From: Aureliella sp.
GTDB taxonomy: Bacteria; Planctomycetota; Planctomycetia; Pirellulales; Pirellulaceae
DNA: 64,000 nt
Assembly (NCBI GenBank): GCA_963691875.1
Contig: OY829846.1
Location: forward strand, 352,001-416,000
Reading direction: 5' to 3'
Positions within the stretch are counted from its first letter, which is position 1. Every line of letters begins with the position of its first letter. Position numbers and translations under genes: made by a program. This document shows positions 32,436-41,105 of the stretch, in pieces. The notes under the pieces were generated by a model. It was not told where the DNA came from. It saw only the letters and a list, made by a program, of their open reading frames with translations, and made no database searches.

Positions 32436-33832
32436 TTTGCCTCCGATGACTTGAGTGAGTCGGTATAGGCTTTGGCGTCGGCTGCAAGTTGGGCAAGGCT
32501 GGGATCTGCTTTTTGCTCGTAGTCCTTAACGGACTTACCGGCGTCGACAACGGCTCTGTTGCGGGCTTGGAACTTGGGGGAGTCATTCAGAGCCTTCCGT
32601 TTCGTATTGCGTTCTTGGACGGCAGCATCCACGCTTCTGAAGGCTTCAGGAAAACGGGCTTCGAGGGCGGCCTGACACTTTGCCGTTTCGGTTACCAAGG
32701 CGGCGAGTTGCTGGTCACTGGCCGCTTCCAGCGCGGCACGAACCTGTCCAAGTTCAGAAGCGAAACGCTGCTTCGCCGTTCCACTCTCTTTGAGACGCGC
32801 GAGCTCGGGTTCGGTCGACAGGACGTATGCGTCCTCCGCCTTCCGCGCTTGGTTCACCGCAACCTCCATTCGTTTGAATTCAGGATCGGATGCTTTGAGT
32901 TGTTGTTTCTTCTTCGCGATGAGCTTGGTCAGTTCTTTGTGCGAGGCAAATGCGTCGGAGTAGTCGGCACGTAGAGCGGCTTGGAGCCTGTCGTGTGTGG
33001 CCACCAGATCTCGGTAAGCCTGATCCGTGAGAGTCAAACGCGATTTGAGATTCACGTAAGCGATTCTGTAACGCTCGAGGGCATCACGGTTGACTGGTTC
33101 ACGGGTAGTTTGAACTGCGGTGCGTTTCCTGCGAGTCTCAGACCAGTTTGCGCGCTGACCGGTAGCCTTCCAGACGCGAACATTGTCGATCGATGCGCCG
33201 GGCAAATCGAACTGGAAGGCGAAGTACTTGCGAGTGCGGTTTATGATGGGGTGACGGCCGATGACGAATTCTTTGTCGCTCAAATGCGCAACTATTTCGT
33301 CGTCCCAGTATTCCACCGTCATCGTCTGCCACTGGCCCGGGCGAGGTTGGCGGACGCATTCGCCAAGGTGAGCGGGCACAATTCCAGCGTCTCGATCGAC
33401 GGGCGTATTGAGTTGAAAGTGCTCTCGATAAATCTGCGTGACGCTGTTGTAGCCGCCGCCGCTACCAGTCACGAGCCGAAGGTCAGTCGTCTTGCCCGAC
33501 AACTTGAAGTCGAACTGAATGATCGTATTGTGGAAAGACGGATCTTTCAGGAAGACGCGTTTGGTTTCCGTCGGATTGACGTTTGTACGCAAGAGAGCTC
33601 CGTCACGAAGTGCAAAATCGGCCTTGAAGCCCCAGCGTTCAGAGACAGTCTCAGGGTCGAAATCTTCCGAGAACATCAGCTTGCCCGGAACACACATCAC
33701 GGTCTCCGGCGGAGCGGCGTTCTCAGCAATTGCAGATGCAGAAACCGCGAAGACACTGAGAATTAAGTGTAGAGGAACTTTCCTCACGATGTTGTTGCGC
33801 ATTCTGAGTCTCATGTCTTCCCTACATTCCAA
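32432..33832 (-). CDS. Exported hypothetical protein (ConA/LamG-like N-terminus plus helical C-terminus)
   Basis: 466-aa ORF with GKLMFSEDF, WQTMTVE, IDNVRVW. Start may be 33814 or 33802. Confidence 0.75.
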   Translation of the reverse strand: MECREDMRLRMRNNIVRKVPLHLILSVFAVSASAIAENAAPPETVMCVPGKLMFSEDFDPETVSERWGFKADFALRDGALLRTNVNPTETKRVFLKDPSFHNTIIQFDFKLSGKTTDLRLVTGSGGGYNSVTQIYREHFQLNTPVDRDAGIVPAHLGECVRQPRPGQWQTMTVEYWDDEIVAHLSDKEFVIGRHPIINRTRKYFAFQFDLPGASIDNVRVWKATGQRANWSETRRKRTAVQTTREPVNRDALERYRIAYVNLKSRLTLTDQAYRDLVATHDRLQAALRADYSDAFASHKELTKLIAKKKQQLKASDPEFKRMEVAVNQARKAEDAYVLSTEPELARLKESGTAKQRFASELGQVRAALEAASDQQLAALVTETAKCQAALEARFPEAFRSVDAAVQERNTKRKALNDSPKFQARNRAVVDAGKSVKDYEQKADPSLAQLAADAKAYTDSLKSSEAK

Positions 33833-34358
33833 CTGCCGGTGGGAAGCTCGGTCGTTCCCACACCACTAAATACCACTACCAAGCACGAGGCAACGCGGCA
33901 CATCATGCTCAATTCTTCAGAGCCGCTAATTGCTTCCTCACCATCGCCGACTGTTTTGCATCCAGTATTTGCCAGCAGGCGAGTCCGTTGCCCACGAGGT
34001 CCCACTCGTCGAAATCCCATACAACCCTTTTGTCCTTTGTGATTTCGAAAATCTGGGGATTCTGTTCGCCGGCATGACAATTTCCGGCGTGCCGTCGTTC
34101 CGACTCCGCCCCGTGCTAAAAGTTCGCTCGACTGAAACTACGGGTGGGAATGAGTAGTTTTCTTCGAGGAGAAGCCAGGGTCGCGCGGTACAAACAAAGT
34201 GCGCAAGCGAAAGTCAGCAGAAATCGAGGTCGGAACCGAGTAGAAGCATCCAAGAAGTGATGCTGAAAGTCAATGGTTGGGAGGTTGCTCGGGGCAATGT
34301 CGCATTGGGCGTGTATCGGCAGCGCTGGTATTTGCTCCCCTGCCCTTTTTCAATTGAC

Positions 34359-35413
34359 AAAGCAGCGCGGCGGTACGATTTGATCACACCCCCAAGTCGT
34401 TCTCTGCAGACGATCTTCTCAAGCTAAATCGTCTCCCACTCAGGCGCGCGTGTTTGCTCACACGGCGGCCGATGGTTTCGATGGGAGTGAGGGCTTGCCT
34501 CGTTGTAGTGTTCGAAAAACCCGCCAACAAGGTAGTCGAGATGATCTTGGCCAGAAGCGATAAAATGGTCGGGACATTCGGTTTTGATTGTCTGCACAAA
34601 ACGTTCGACCCTGGCGTTGAGATTGGGTGAGCGAACCGGAAGCTTCTTGCACACGACTCCCGCATACTTCAAGGTCGATCGAAAGTCACCTGAGGACTTG
34701 GTGTCCCGGTCGTCGATCAATATCGTAGGACGATGCTCTCGATCTTTCGTCAGCCTGACGAAGGTCTCAGCCTGCTCGAGTACCCAAGCGTTGTTGGGCT
34801 TTCGAGTGCTCTTGGAGACGATGACCTCGCGGCTCTCAAGGTGCATGAATACCAGGACATAAAGGTCGACGATTCCTTTTGCCGTCACCGCACGCTCGGT
34901 AAAGAAATCACAAGCCCATAGGGTCTGGGTATGTGCCTTAGAGTAGTTGTCCCAAGTCCCCTGCCGTCACTTCGGGCTTGGCTCGATGTTCTCGTCCTTC
35001 AAAATGTTCTTGACCGTTTGTCGGTAGATACGAGAGATGCCCAGACTGCGAAGTTCTCCGAGGATCTTCGTATAGCCGAACCCGGTCTCTCGAGCGTTCT
35101 TGAGGACGAGGTCCAGCAGCACCTGGCTCTTGCCTCGTGGCTTACTTACAGAAAGCTTGCCGCGTTTCGCTTCCCATCGCCAGCGGTAGAAGGTGCCAGG
35201 GGTGACGATCGAGATCAGTTCTTCGATCGCAGCACCGAGCGGCACACCAAACTTAAGAAACCGGTCAAGTTCGTAGGGACGTGTGTGAACTTGCCCAGGG
35301 ATCCTCGCACGAAGTATTTGGTTTTCTTCGTTCAAATAACGGACTTGGCGACGGAGATGCAAGTCGGAAGCACTGGCGATCAGGGCCAGCAGCGGATGAA
35401 ACATCTTGGTCAC
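34359..35413 (-). pseudogene. rve integrase-core transposase, frameshifted
   Basis: LRRQVRYLNEENQILR, GFGYTKILGEL, WACDFF, DRDTK, PNLNARVERFVQTIK and RLGGVIKSYRRAA lie in different frames. Confidence 0.9.
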
Positions 35414-35477
35414 GGGAGGTCGTTGTTGTAAACTCTAAGTGGTTCGGTCATCGGGGGGAGCAGTTGGTTTGTACCCC

Positions 35478-35764
35478 GCAGACAGGATGATTACCGATGC
35501 AGTGGCCGTCCATTTCAGACCGTGCCTGAAGGCAGTCCACCTGAGTTAACTGATCCACCCCGTTTCGGGCGATGGAAAAAGTCGCCCATCAGGTTAACTC
35601 TGTTTGGCAGGTCGCTGTTTACGTATTTGGCTCAGTTTCTAATCCGGTTGCCATCGCTAAAGAGCGACCGAAAGCGACTCGAAATCAGCAAGTGCTTTGC
35701 TGGTGAGGATTTGCAATAATCGATCTCTCGAGAGTCGTTACAAAGAGAGTTTTGTACAGGGAGG
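35478..35764 (+). ncRNA. Candidate structured RNA, subfamily-2 leader (copy 2)
   Basis: Stem 35543-35554/35588-35600 encloses GGGCGAT/GTCGCCC. Multibranch domain at 35642-35710, plus TACAAA/TTTGTA. Confidence 0.45.
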
Positions 35765-35884
35765 TGGTCTGCCCTTGTCTGCGGTAGCATTGTGTTCATT
35801 CCGTCTATTCGTCGCGAAATCCCGCGGCTGATTCTTGGGCCACCGGTAGTAGTCAAGTGAGGAGAGTAAAGCGTCTTGAGTGAC

Positions 35885-36439
35885 ATGCCCACAAATCAAT
35901 CCGGCAACGAGGACTCATATCGTGCATTCATGCGGCTGTTTATGCGGCATGAGGGTGTGTTGCGCAGTTTTGTCCGCACCTTGCTGCCATCGTGGGACGA
36001 CGTGGATGAAGTCATGCAAAACGTGAGCATCGCTGCGTGGACGAAGTTCGATCGGTTTGATCCGGAGACGGAATTCGCGAGGTGGGCGGCGACCATTGCG
36101 CGTTATGAAGTGCTCAGCTATCGCCGCACCAGGGCACGGGACCGGCTTGTATTTGATGAGGACATCATCGAACTCCTCGCTGACGAGTGCCAGGACGAAT
36201 TCGCTCGTAGCGAACAAGAACGCCAGGCGCTCGACGGTTGCCTGAATCAACTCCCTGAGCATCAACAACAACTGCTCCTGCGCGTCTACACGCCCGGCCA
36301 GAAGATGAAGCCGATCGCGGAAGAAGTCGGTGTGACGCCGAACGCGTTGTATAAGAAACTGGGGCGTCTGCGGCTGATCCTCTTGAGGTGCATCGAAAAC
36401 ACTTTGAAGGGCATTGATCCGAAAGGAGAGCTGACATGA
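35885..36439 (+). CDS. ECF sigma-70 factor (Rhodopirellula/Verrucomicrobium type)
   Basis: FMRLFMRHE..LRSFV, DEVMQ...W.KFDRF, FARWA..IARYEV, AL..CL..LP, LYK.L.RLR..L..CI. Confidence 0.95.
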   Translation: MPTNQSGNEDSYRAFMRLFMRHEGVLRSFVRTLLPSWDDVDEVMQNVSIAAWTKFDRFDPETEFARWAATIARYEVLSYRRTRARDRLVFDEDIIELLADECQDEFARSEQERQALDGCLNQLPEHQQQLLLRVYTPGQKMKPIAEEVGVTPNALYKKLGRLRLILLRCIENTLKGIDPKGELT

Positions 36440-37392
36440 CCGATCCCGCAGGCTGGCAGTTGATTGAAGACTGGCGAAACGGCGTGATCAGCGATGACGA
36501 ATTTGCCTCGCTGCAGGACCTTCTGCGTGAAGATCCCGAAGCTCGTCAAACACTGCGTCGTTCGATGACGATGGATTCCGCGCTTCGAGATCGGGCGGAA
36601 GCTGAACTGCTTGCAGTTGAGGCTGACACGGAGGTTGTTGGGAAACCGACGAGTGATCTATCTGCGTCCAATCGTCCACGTTGGCTTTCCGCGGCAGCAT
36701 TGATTGCGATGGGGTTGTTTGCTGGCTGCCTGGGCACGGGCGTGGCCTGGGCTTATGCCAATGCGAACTCCGTATCATCCGTCCGTCTTCCTGTCTCTCT
36801 GTGGAATGGCGGGTTCGAATCAGCGACTGAATCGGCAGCGACCGGCTATCCCGACGGACCGGGATTCTGGAGCGGAGACCAGGTAGAAGTGGTGGAGTCG
36901 GGGCACCAAGGCGTGAGTAGTTTTGAAGGCCGGCGCATGCTGCGTTTCGTTCAGACCTGGGGAGATGAACCAGAGAGACGTGGAGCTCGTTCCAACCAGT
37001 GGCAGGTCGTTGACCTAACCCGTGTCGAGAAGGGTGGCGAAAACCTGATGGCCACTTTGAGAGCGCGCTTCAATCGCATTGATGCGGGTCCTGACACAGA
37101 CACGGTGTTTCGCATTGAAGTCCAGGCCTTCAGTGGCGATCCCTCTACCGCAGAGGCCCAATATGACTCGGAGGCTTACCTCTCCGGAGCCATTCTTAAG
37201 AAGAGCACAGACAGCGATCCGCTGACCTGGGAGGAATTGCAAGTCGCCACCAGCGTGCCGCGCGAAACCGACTTTCTGCTGATCGGCTTCTACGCCCACG
37301 AGGATGTGGTCGATGATCCGCCAACCGCACCGGAGTTCGCGGGGCACTACGTCGATGGCGTGGAGCTGGAACTCTCCACGATCAATCCATGA
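36436..37392 (+). CDS. Putative anti-sigma factor (N-terminal helical domain, TM segment, periplasmic beta-sandwich)
   Basis: ATGA overlap with the sigma gene, G.ISDDEF..LQ.LLR.DPEAR, a TM segment, NGGFES. Confidence 0.8.
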   Translation: MTDPAGWQLIEDWRNGVISDDEFASLQDLLREDPEARQTLRRSMTMDSALRDRAEAELLAVEADTEVVGKPTSDLSASNRPRWLSAAALIAMGLFAGCLGTGVAWAYANANSVSSVRLPVSLWNGGFESATESAATGYPDGPGFWSGDQVEVVESGHQGVSSFEGRRMLRFVQTWGDEPERRGARSNQWQVVDLTRVEKGGENLMATLRARFNRIDAGPDTDTVFRIEVQAFSGDPSTAEAQYDSEAYLSGAILKKSTDSDPLTWEELQVATSVPRETDFLLIGFYAHEDVVDDPPTAPEFAGHYVDGVELELSTINP

Positions 37393-37439
37393 AGTATTCC
37401 ATTTTCACACTCATTCAGAGTCCGAATCGATTGCCGACT

Positions 37440-40400
37440 ATGAGAATTCTGTTGTTCACCCTGTGTGCCGTTCTGTTGTCATCAAACCCGCTTTTCGCTG
37501 ACAAGAGTCTGAAAGGATACCCCGATGGACACCAATGGTTCAGCGGGACTTTTACCGGTCTGGATGACGGTTACCTCGTCATGAAACGGATGGGTGAAAA
37601 GTATCTCGTCAAACTGAACCAGGACACGCCCATCATCGGCCAATTTCGTTCATCCGGACCACTGATCGATCGTGAGAAAGGAGTGATCAATTACCTGCTC
37701 CTCCAGGCACCGACGGGGCATCCACTGGTGAAAAAAGTCAGCAAGAAGAACATTGCTACGAGAAAGCTCGGCGCGAATTGCCATGAGGATGGTGCCGGTC
37801 GACATCACAAGCACATTAGTGGATGGAAGCCCGGGGAGCTGGATCCCTATGGCGATGTTCTGGAAGTGGTTGGCACCATCGAAGGCAATGTGATTACGGC
37901 GCACACCGTCTTCTTCGAGCCGGTTCTCGATTGCTTTGAAGCCTTTGATAAGAGCTTGCCGAGCGTACTGAACATCGGCGACTCCATCTCGCTGGGTTAT
38001 GGCGGAGAATTGCGCAGGCAATCCGAGGGCAAGCTCAACATCGACCACCCGCGTCTCAATTGTGCCGGAATCCACATCAACCCGGTCTGGTTCGGCGCCT
38101 ACGATGAGCCGGGGCGTGAATGGGATATCGTTGCTTTCAACGGAGGCCATTGGAATAGCAATCTTCCCAAAGAAGAATACATGGAGTTGTTTGAGGTATC
38201 ACTCAACCAAAGCATCAAGGCAGGCCGGCAGGTGATCTGGATCACGACCGCTCCGGTCCCGTTCGGCTACAACGTGGCAGACAAAGGGACGACCAATGGG
38301 GTAGATGCCATATTGCCGGAAGACCAATGGCGCAGCATCCAGTTTGCCCATCCCAATATTCAGAATGAGCGTTGCGGTCGCCAGGCAGGGCGGATGATGG
38401 CGCAGAATCACTGGGTGAAGCCGATCCTGGACAAGTATCCGCAGGTCGCGGTGTGCGATCAGTGGGGCCTAGTCTATGCCCGGTCAAAAAGCAAAGCCTC
38501 GCCGTTTGCCACTTGGATGCACGGCAAGAACGTCCATTTCAAGTCCACCGAAATGAACGAGGAACTGGCCGGAATGATCGTTGAATTGTCCCTCGTGCTC
38601 ACGGGTACGAAATCCATGGAGGAGGTTCCAGAGCGCTTTCGGAAGTTCCTCCACGCCAGTCCCGAAACCTACAACCCGCCAGCCGACTTCGACAACCCAA
38701 CTCCACTTGAACAACGTTACCGGTTCCCGGGGCAAGAGCCGGTCACGATGACGACCAACTCTGGTGAAGGCACGACGACGACTCCAACCGCCAAGCGATC
38801 AAGCAAGGAAGATCCCTGGTGGACGAGGCCCGAGTATCGCCTGGATGCGACGGTTGTGAATTACGCTGAGGCGGAAGGTCGAAGTGCCGAGAGACGCGCC
38901 AAGAATCGAATCGCGCTTGCCGAGAAGGATCTCAAGCAACATGAGCAATGGCTCGATAGCGGCGAAGTGCCAGTCGAGCAGGTGGAGAAGGCGAGACTCA
39001 TTCTGGAGCACGCCAAACAGGTGCACGAGGGGTTTGGATTGCGTCGTGCTTCGGCCGCTTCAGCTTCAAGCGACAAGAAGACATCTCCTATCAAAGCCTC
39101 AGCGCCTACGGTTGACGCGGATGCCGATCCTTTGAGGACTTTTACCGACAATCAAGGAAGACGCATTGAAGCGGAGGTGGTCGAAGTCGCTGGAGACACG
39201 GTCGTCCTCCGGATGAAGGGGAGAAACTATACGATCTCTCTGTCCAGGCTTTCCCTTGATGATCGGGAGTATCTCCGCCAGTGGAATGCAAAGGCCCCGG
39301 CATCCGTTCCCAGCAGAACGAAGGCTTCTCCATCTAGCGAATCCGCTGCCAGCACCTCCGTAAGAACTTTTACCGATACGGCCGGAGGAAAAGTCGAAGC
39401 GGAGTTGATAGCGGTCGCAGGCGACAAAGTGACCCTTCGTATCAATAAGAGAAATTTGATCTTCCCCCTCGCGAAGTTCTCTACTGCTGATCGAGGATAC
39501 ATCAAGCAGTGGTCGGTACCGCCGACACGATCCAAAACGCCAACACCAGATCCTGTCAAGGAGATGGCTCCCGACATTGAAGCTCCAATTCAACTCGGTA
39601 AGAAGATCAATCGCAGCGATGAAGAAGCGCTGAAGCATCTCGATCCGAAGTGGCACGATGTGCAGCCCCTGCCCGAGACTTTCCCTGCGGATTTCAAGTT
39701 GCCGCTCACCGGCATCGTCGATAGCGGCACAGGAGAAAGCTACGACTTCAACCAGCCAATCTCGTCCGACGTCCTGGCACGACTGCAAGCCAAGGGCAAG
39801 GAAGCCATGCTACACCGGTTCTACTTTGCTCCCCGGGATCCCCGCTACAAAGCAGGACCGGGACTGAGTGGCCGGGAATATCTTGAGGATGCGAAGAACG
39901 GCACCGTTCGCGAAGACCTCGGCCACGTCGCCTGGATTTACGGCGAGTTGAAGATGAATCTGATGGCCGACTACTGGCTCTATCGAATCACCAAGGATTC
40001 CTGGTTCCTCGAAGACATCATGGCTTTCGCCGATGCCAACCAGACCATGCTCGAGCAAAATTCGAAGCTCTTCCTCCCCAACGGCCAGCGGGAAACCGGC
40101 ACCTTCGACCACCGGACCGGCACTCAGATTCAGCACGTGCATGCGCACTTCATCTCCGCACGACTGCTGATGGAGCGGGTCATGGCCAATGGCGGTAAGG
40201 CCAGCGATCCGGATTATCTCAAGGCGAAGCAGTACTTCGATTTTGCCTGGGGCCTGGTTGGAGAAGAGATCATGGGACCCGCCCCTGAGACTTATGGCCG
40301 CCCGAAGAACGGCAAACCCGCCCCGACTTTCACGCCCGGCCCCTCTTACAATTATATCCTCGAAACCTTCGACATCCCCGAGTTCCTCGCCTTCAAGATC

Positions 40401-41090
40401 GAGTATGAACCCTGGAATGGCTCAGCGTCTCGCTATCTTCCGCTGGTGCACGCAGCCCTGGCTGCGGAGGACCTGCACCGGGTCAGCGGAGAGGAGAAGT
40501 ATCTGACACTGAGTCAGACCTTGCAGCGATTCGTTCAGGCCTACATGCACATGTTCCAGAAAGGGAATCACTGTGTGATCGACAAGGAAGGCCAACCCTA
40601 CATCTGGGTCTACCACACCCCGGGACGGGATAGCGGCAACCGGGAGAATCCTCAAGGCGGCTTCTTCCGCGGACATCCGATTTTCGGCGGCGAGGACAAC
40701 GGGCACAGCGGCGCCATGGCCAGAAACCTGCCCTACGTCTGGGAAGCGGGACCGCGTTTCGGTTGTTCCACCGCCCTGATGGCTGCCTACGCCAACTCCA
40801 TGGCCGAGGTCCTGCACAACCCCAGTTCCAGGAAAAACGGGAAGGTTCATTTTCGTAGCCCCATCGACAGCCCCTGGACGCGTGCCAAGCACCGGCCCTA
40901 CGCCGCGCCGGGGAAACACCCCGGCACCCTCTACGTGGAGTGCCTCGCCTTTTCGCCCGACCTGCTCTCTGGCATCCGGAGCTGGCATGGCAAGGATCAG
41001 AATTACGATATGCCCAAGGCGAACCGCTTCGATCTGCAAGTCGAGGTGTCGCGCTATCTTTATCAGGAGTGGAAGAAGCGCAGTAACTGA
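37440..41090 (+). CDS. Large exported protein: SGNH-like domain, two SHD1-like repeats and an unknown helical domain
   Basis: IGDSISLGY, FNGGHW, NVHF, and two copies of RTFTD..G...EAE..V.GD.V.LR.......L...S..DR.Y..QW. Confidence 0.85.
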   Translation: MRILLFTLCAVLLSSNPLFADKSLKGYPDGHQWFSGTFTGLDDGYLVMKRMGEKYLVKLNQDTPIIGQFRSSGPLIDREKGVINYLLLQAPTGHPLVKKVSKKNIATRKLGANCHEDGAGRHHKHISGWKPGELDPYGDVLEVVGTIEGNVITAHTVFFEPVLDCFEAFDKSLPSVLNIGDSISLGYGGELRRQSEGKLNIDHPRLNCAGIHINPVWFGAYDEPGREWDIVAFNGGHWNSNLPKEEYMELFEVSLNQSIKAGRQVIWITTAPVPFGYNVADKGTTNGVDAILPEDQWRSIQFAHPNIQNERCGRQAGRMMAQNHWVKPILDKYPQVAVCDQWGLVYARSKSKASPFATWMHGKNVHFKSTEMNEELAGMIVELSLVLTGTKSMEEVPERFRKFLHASPETYNPPADFDNPTPLEQRYRFPGQEPVTMTTNSGEGTTTTPTAKRSSKEDPWWTRPEYRLDATVVNYAEAEGRSAERRAKNRIALAEKDLKQHEQWLDSGEVPVEQVEKARLILEHAKQVHEGFGLRRASAASASSDKKTSPIKASAPTVDADADPLRTFTDNQGRRIEAEVVEVAGDTVVLRMKGRNYTISLSRLSLDDREYLRQWNAKAPASVPSRTKASPSSESAASTSVRTFTDTAGGKVEAELIAVAGDKVTLRINKRNLIFPLAKFSTADRGYIKQWSVPPTRSKTPTPDPVKEMAPDIEAPIQLGKKINRSDEEALKHLDPKWHDVQPLPETFPADFKLPLTGIVDSGTGESYDFNQPISSDVLARLQAKGKEAMLHRFYFAPRDPRYKAGPGLSGREYLEDAKNGTVREDLGHVAWIYGELKMNLMADYWLYRITKDSWFLEDIMAFADANQTMLEQNSKLFLPNGQRETGTFDHRTGTQIQHVHAHFISARLLMERVMANGGKASDPDYLKAKQYFDFAWGLVGEEIMGPAPETYGRPKNGKPAPTFTPGPSYNYILETFDIPEFLAFKIEYEPWNGSASRYLPLVHAALAAEDLHRVSGEEKYLTLSQTLQRFVQAYMHMFQKGNHCVIDKEGQPYIWVYHTPGRDSGNRENPQGGFFRGHPIFGGEDNGHSGAMARNLPYVWEAGPRFGCSTALMAAYANSMAEVLHNPSSRKNGKVHFRSPIDSPWTRAKHRPYAAPGKHPGTLYVECLAFSPDLLSGIRSWHGKDQNYDMPKANRFDLQVEVSRYLYQEWKKRSN

Positions 41091-41105
41091 CTTCCCCAAA
41101 AATTG

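Larger units (their letters stand above)
34106..35764 (-). mobile_element. Subfamily-2 rve/DDE transposon (degenerate)
   Basis: Ends CCGCCCCGTGCTAAAAG and TGTACAGGGAGG. Inner inverted pair GGTACAAACAAAGTGC (about 34187) and GCAGTTGGTTTGTACC (about 35460). Confidence 0.85.
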
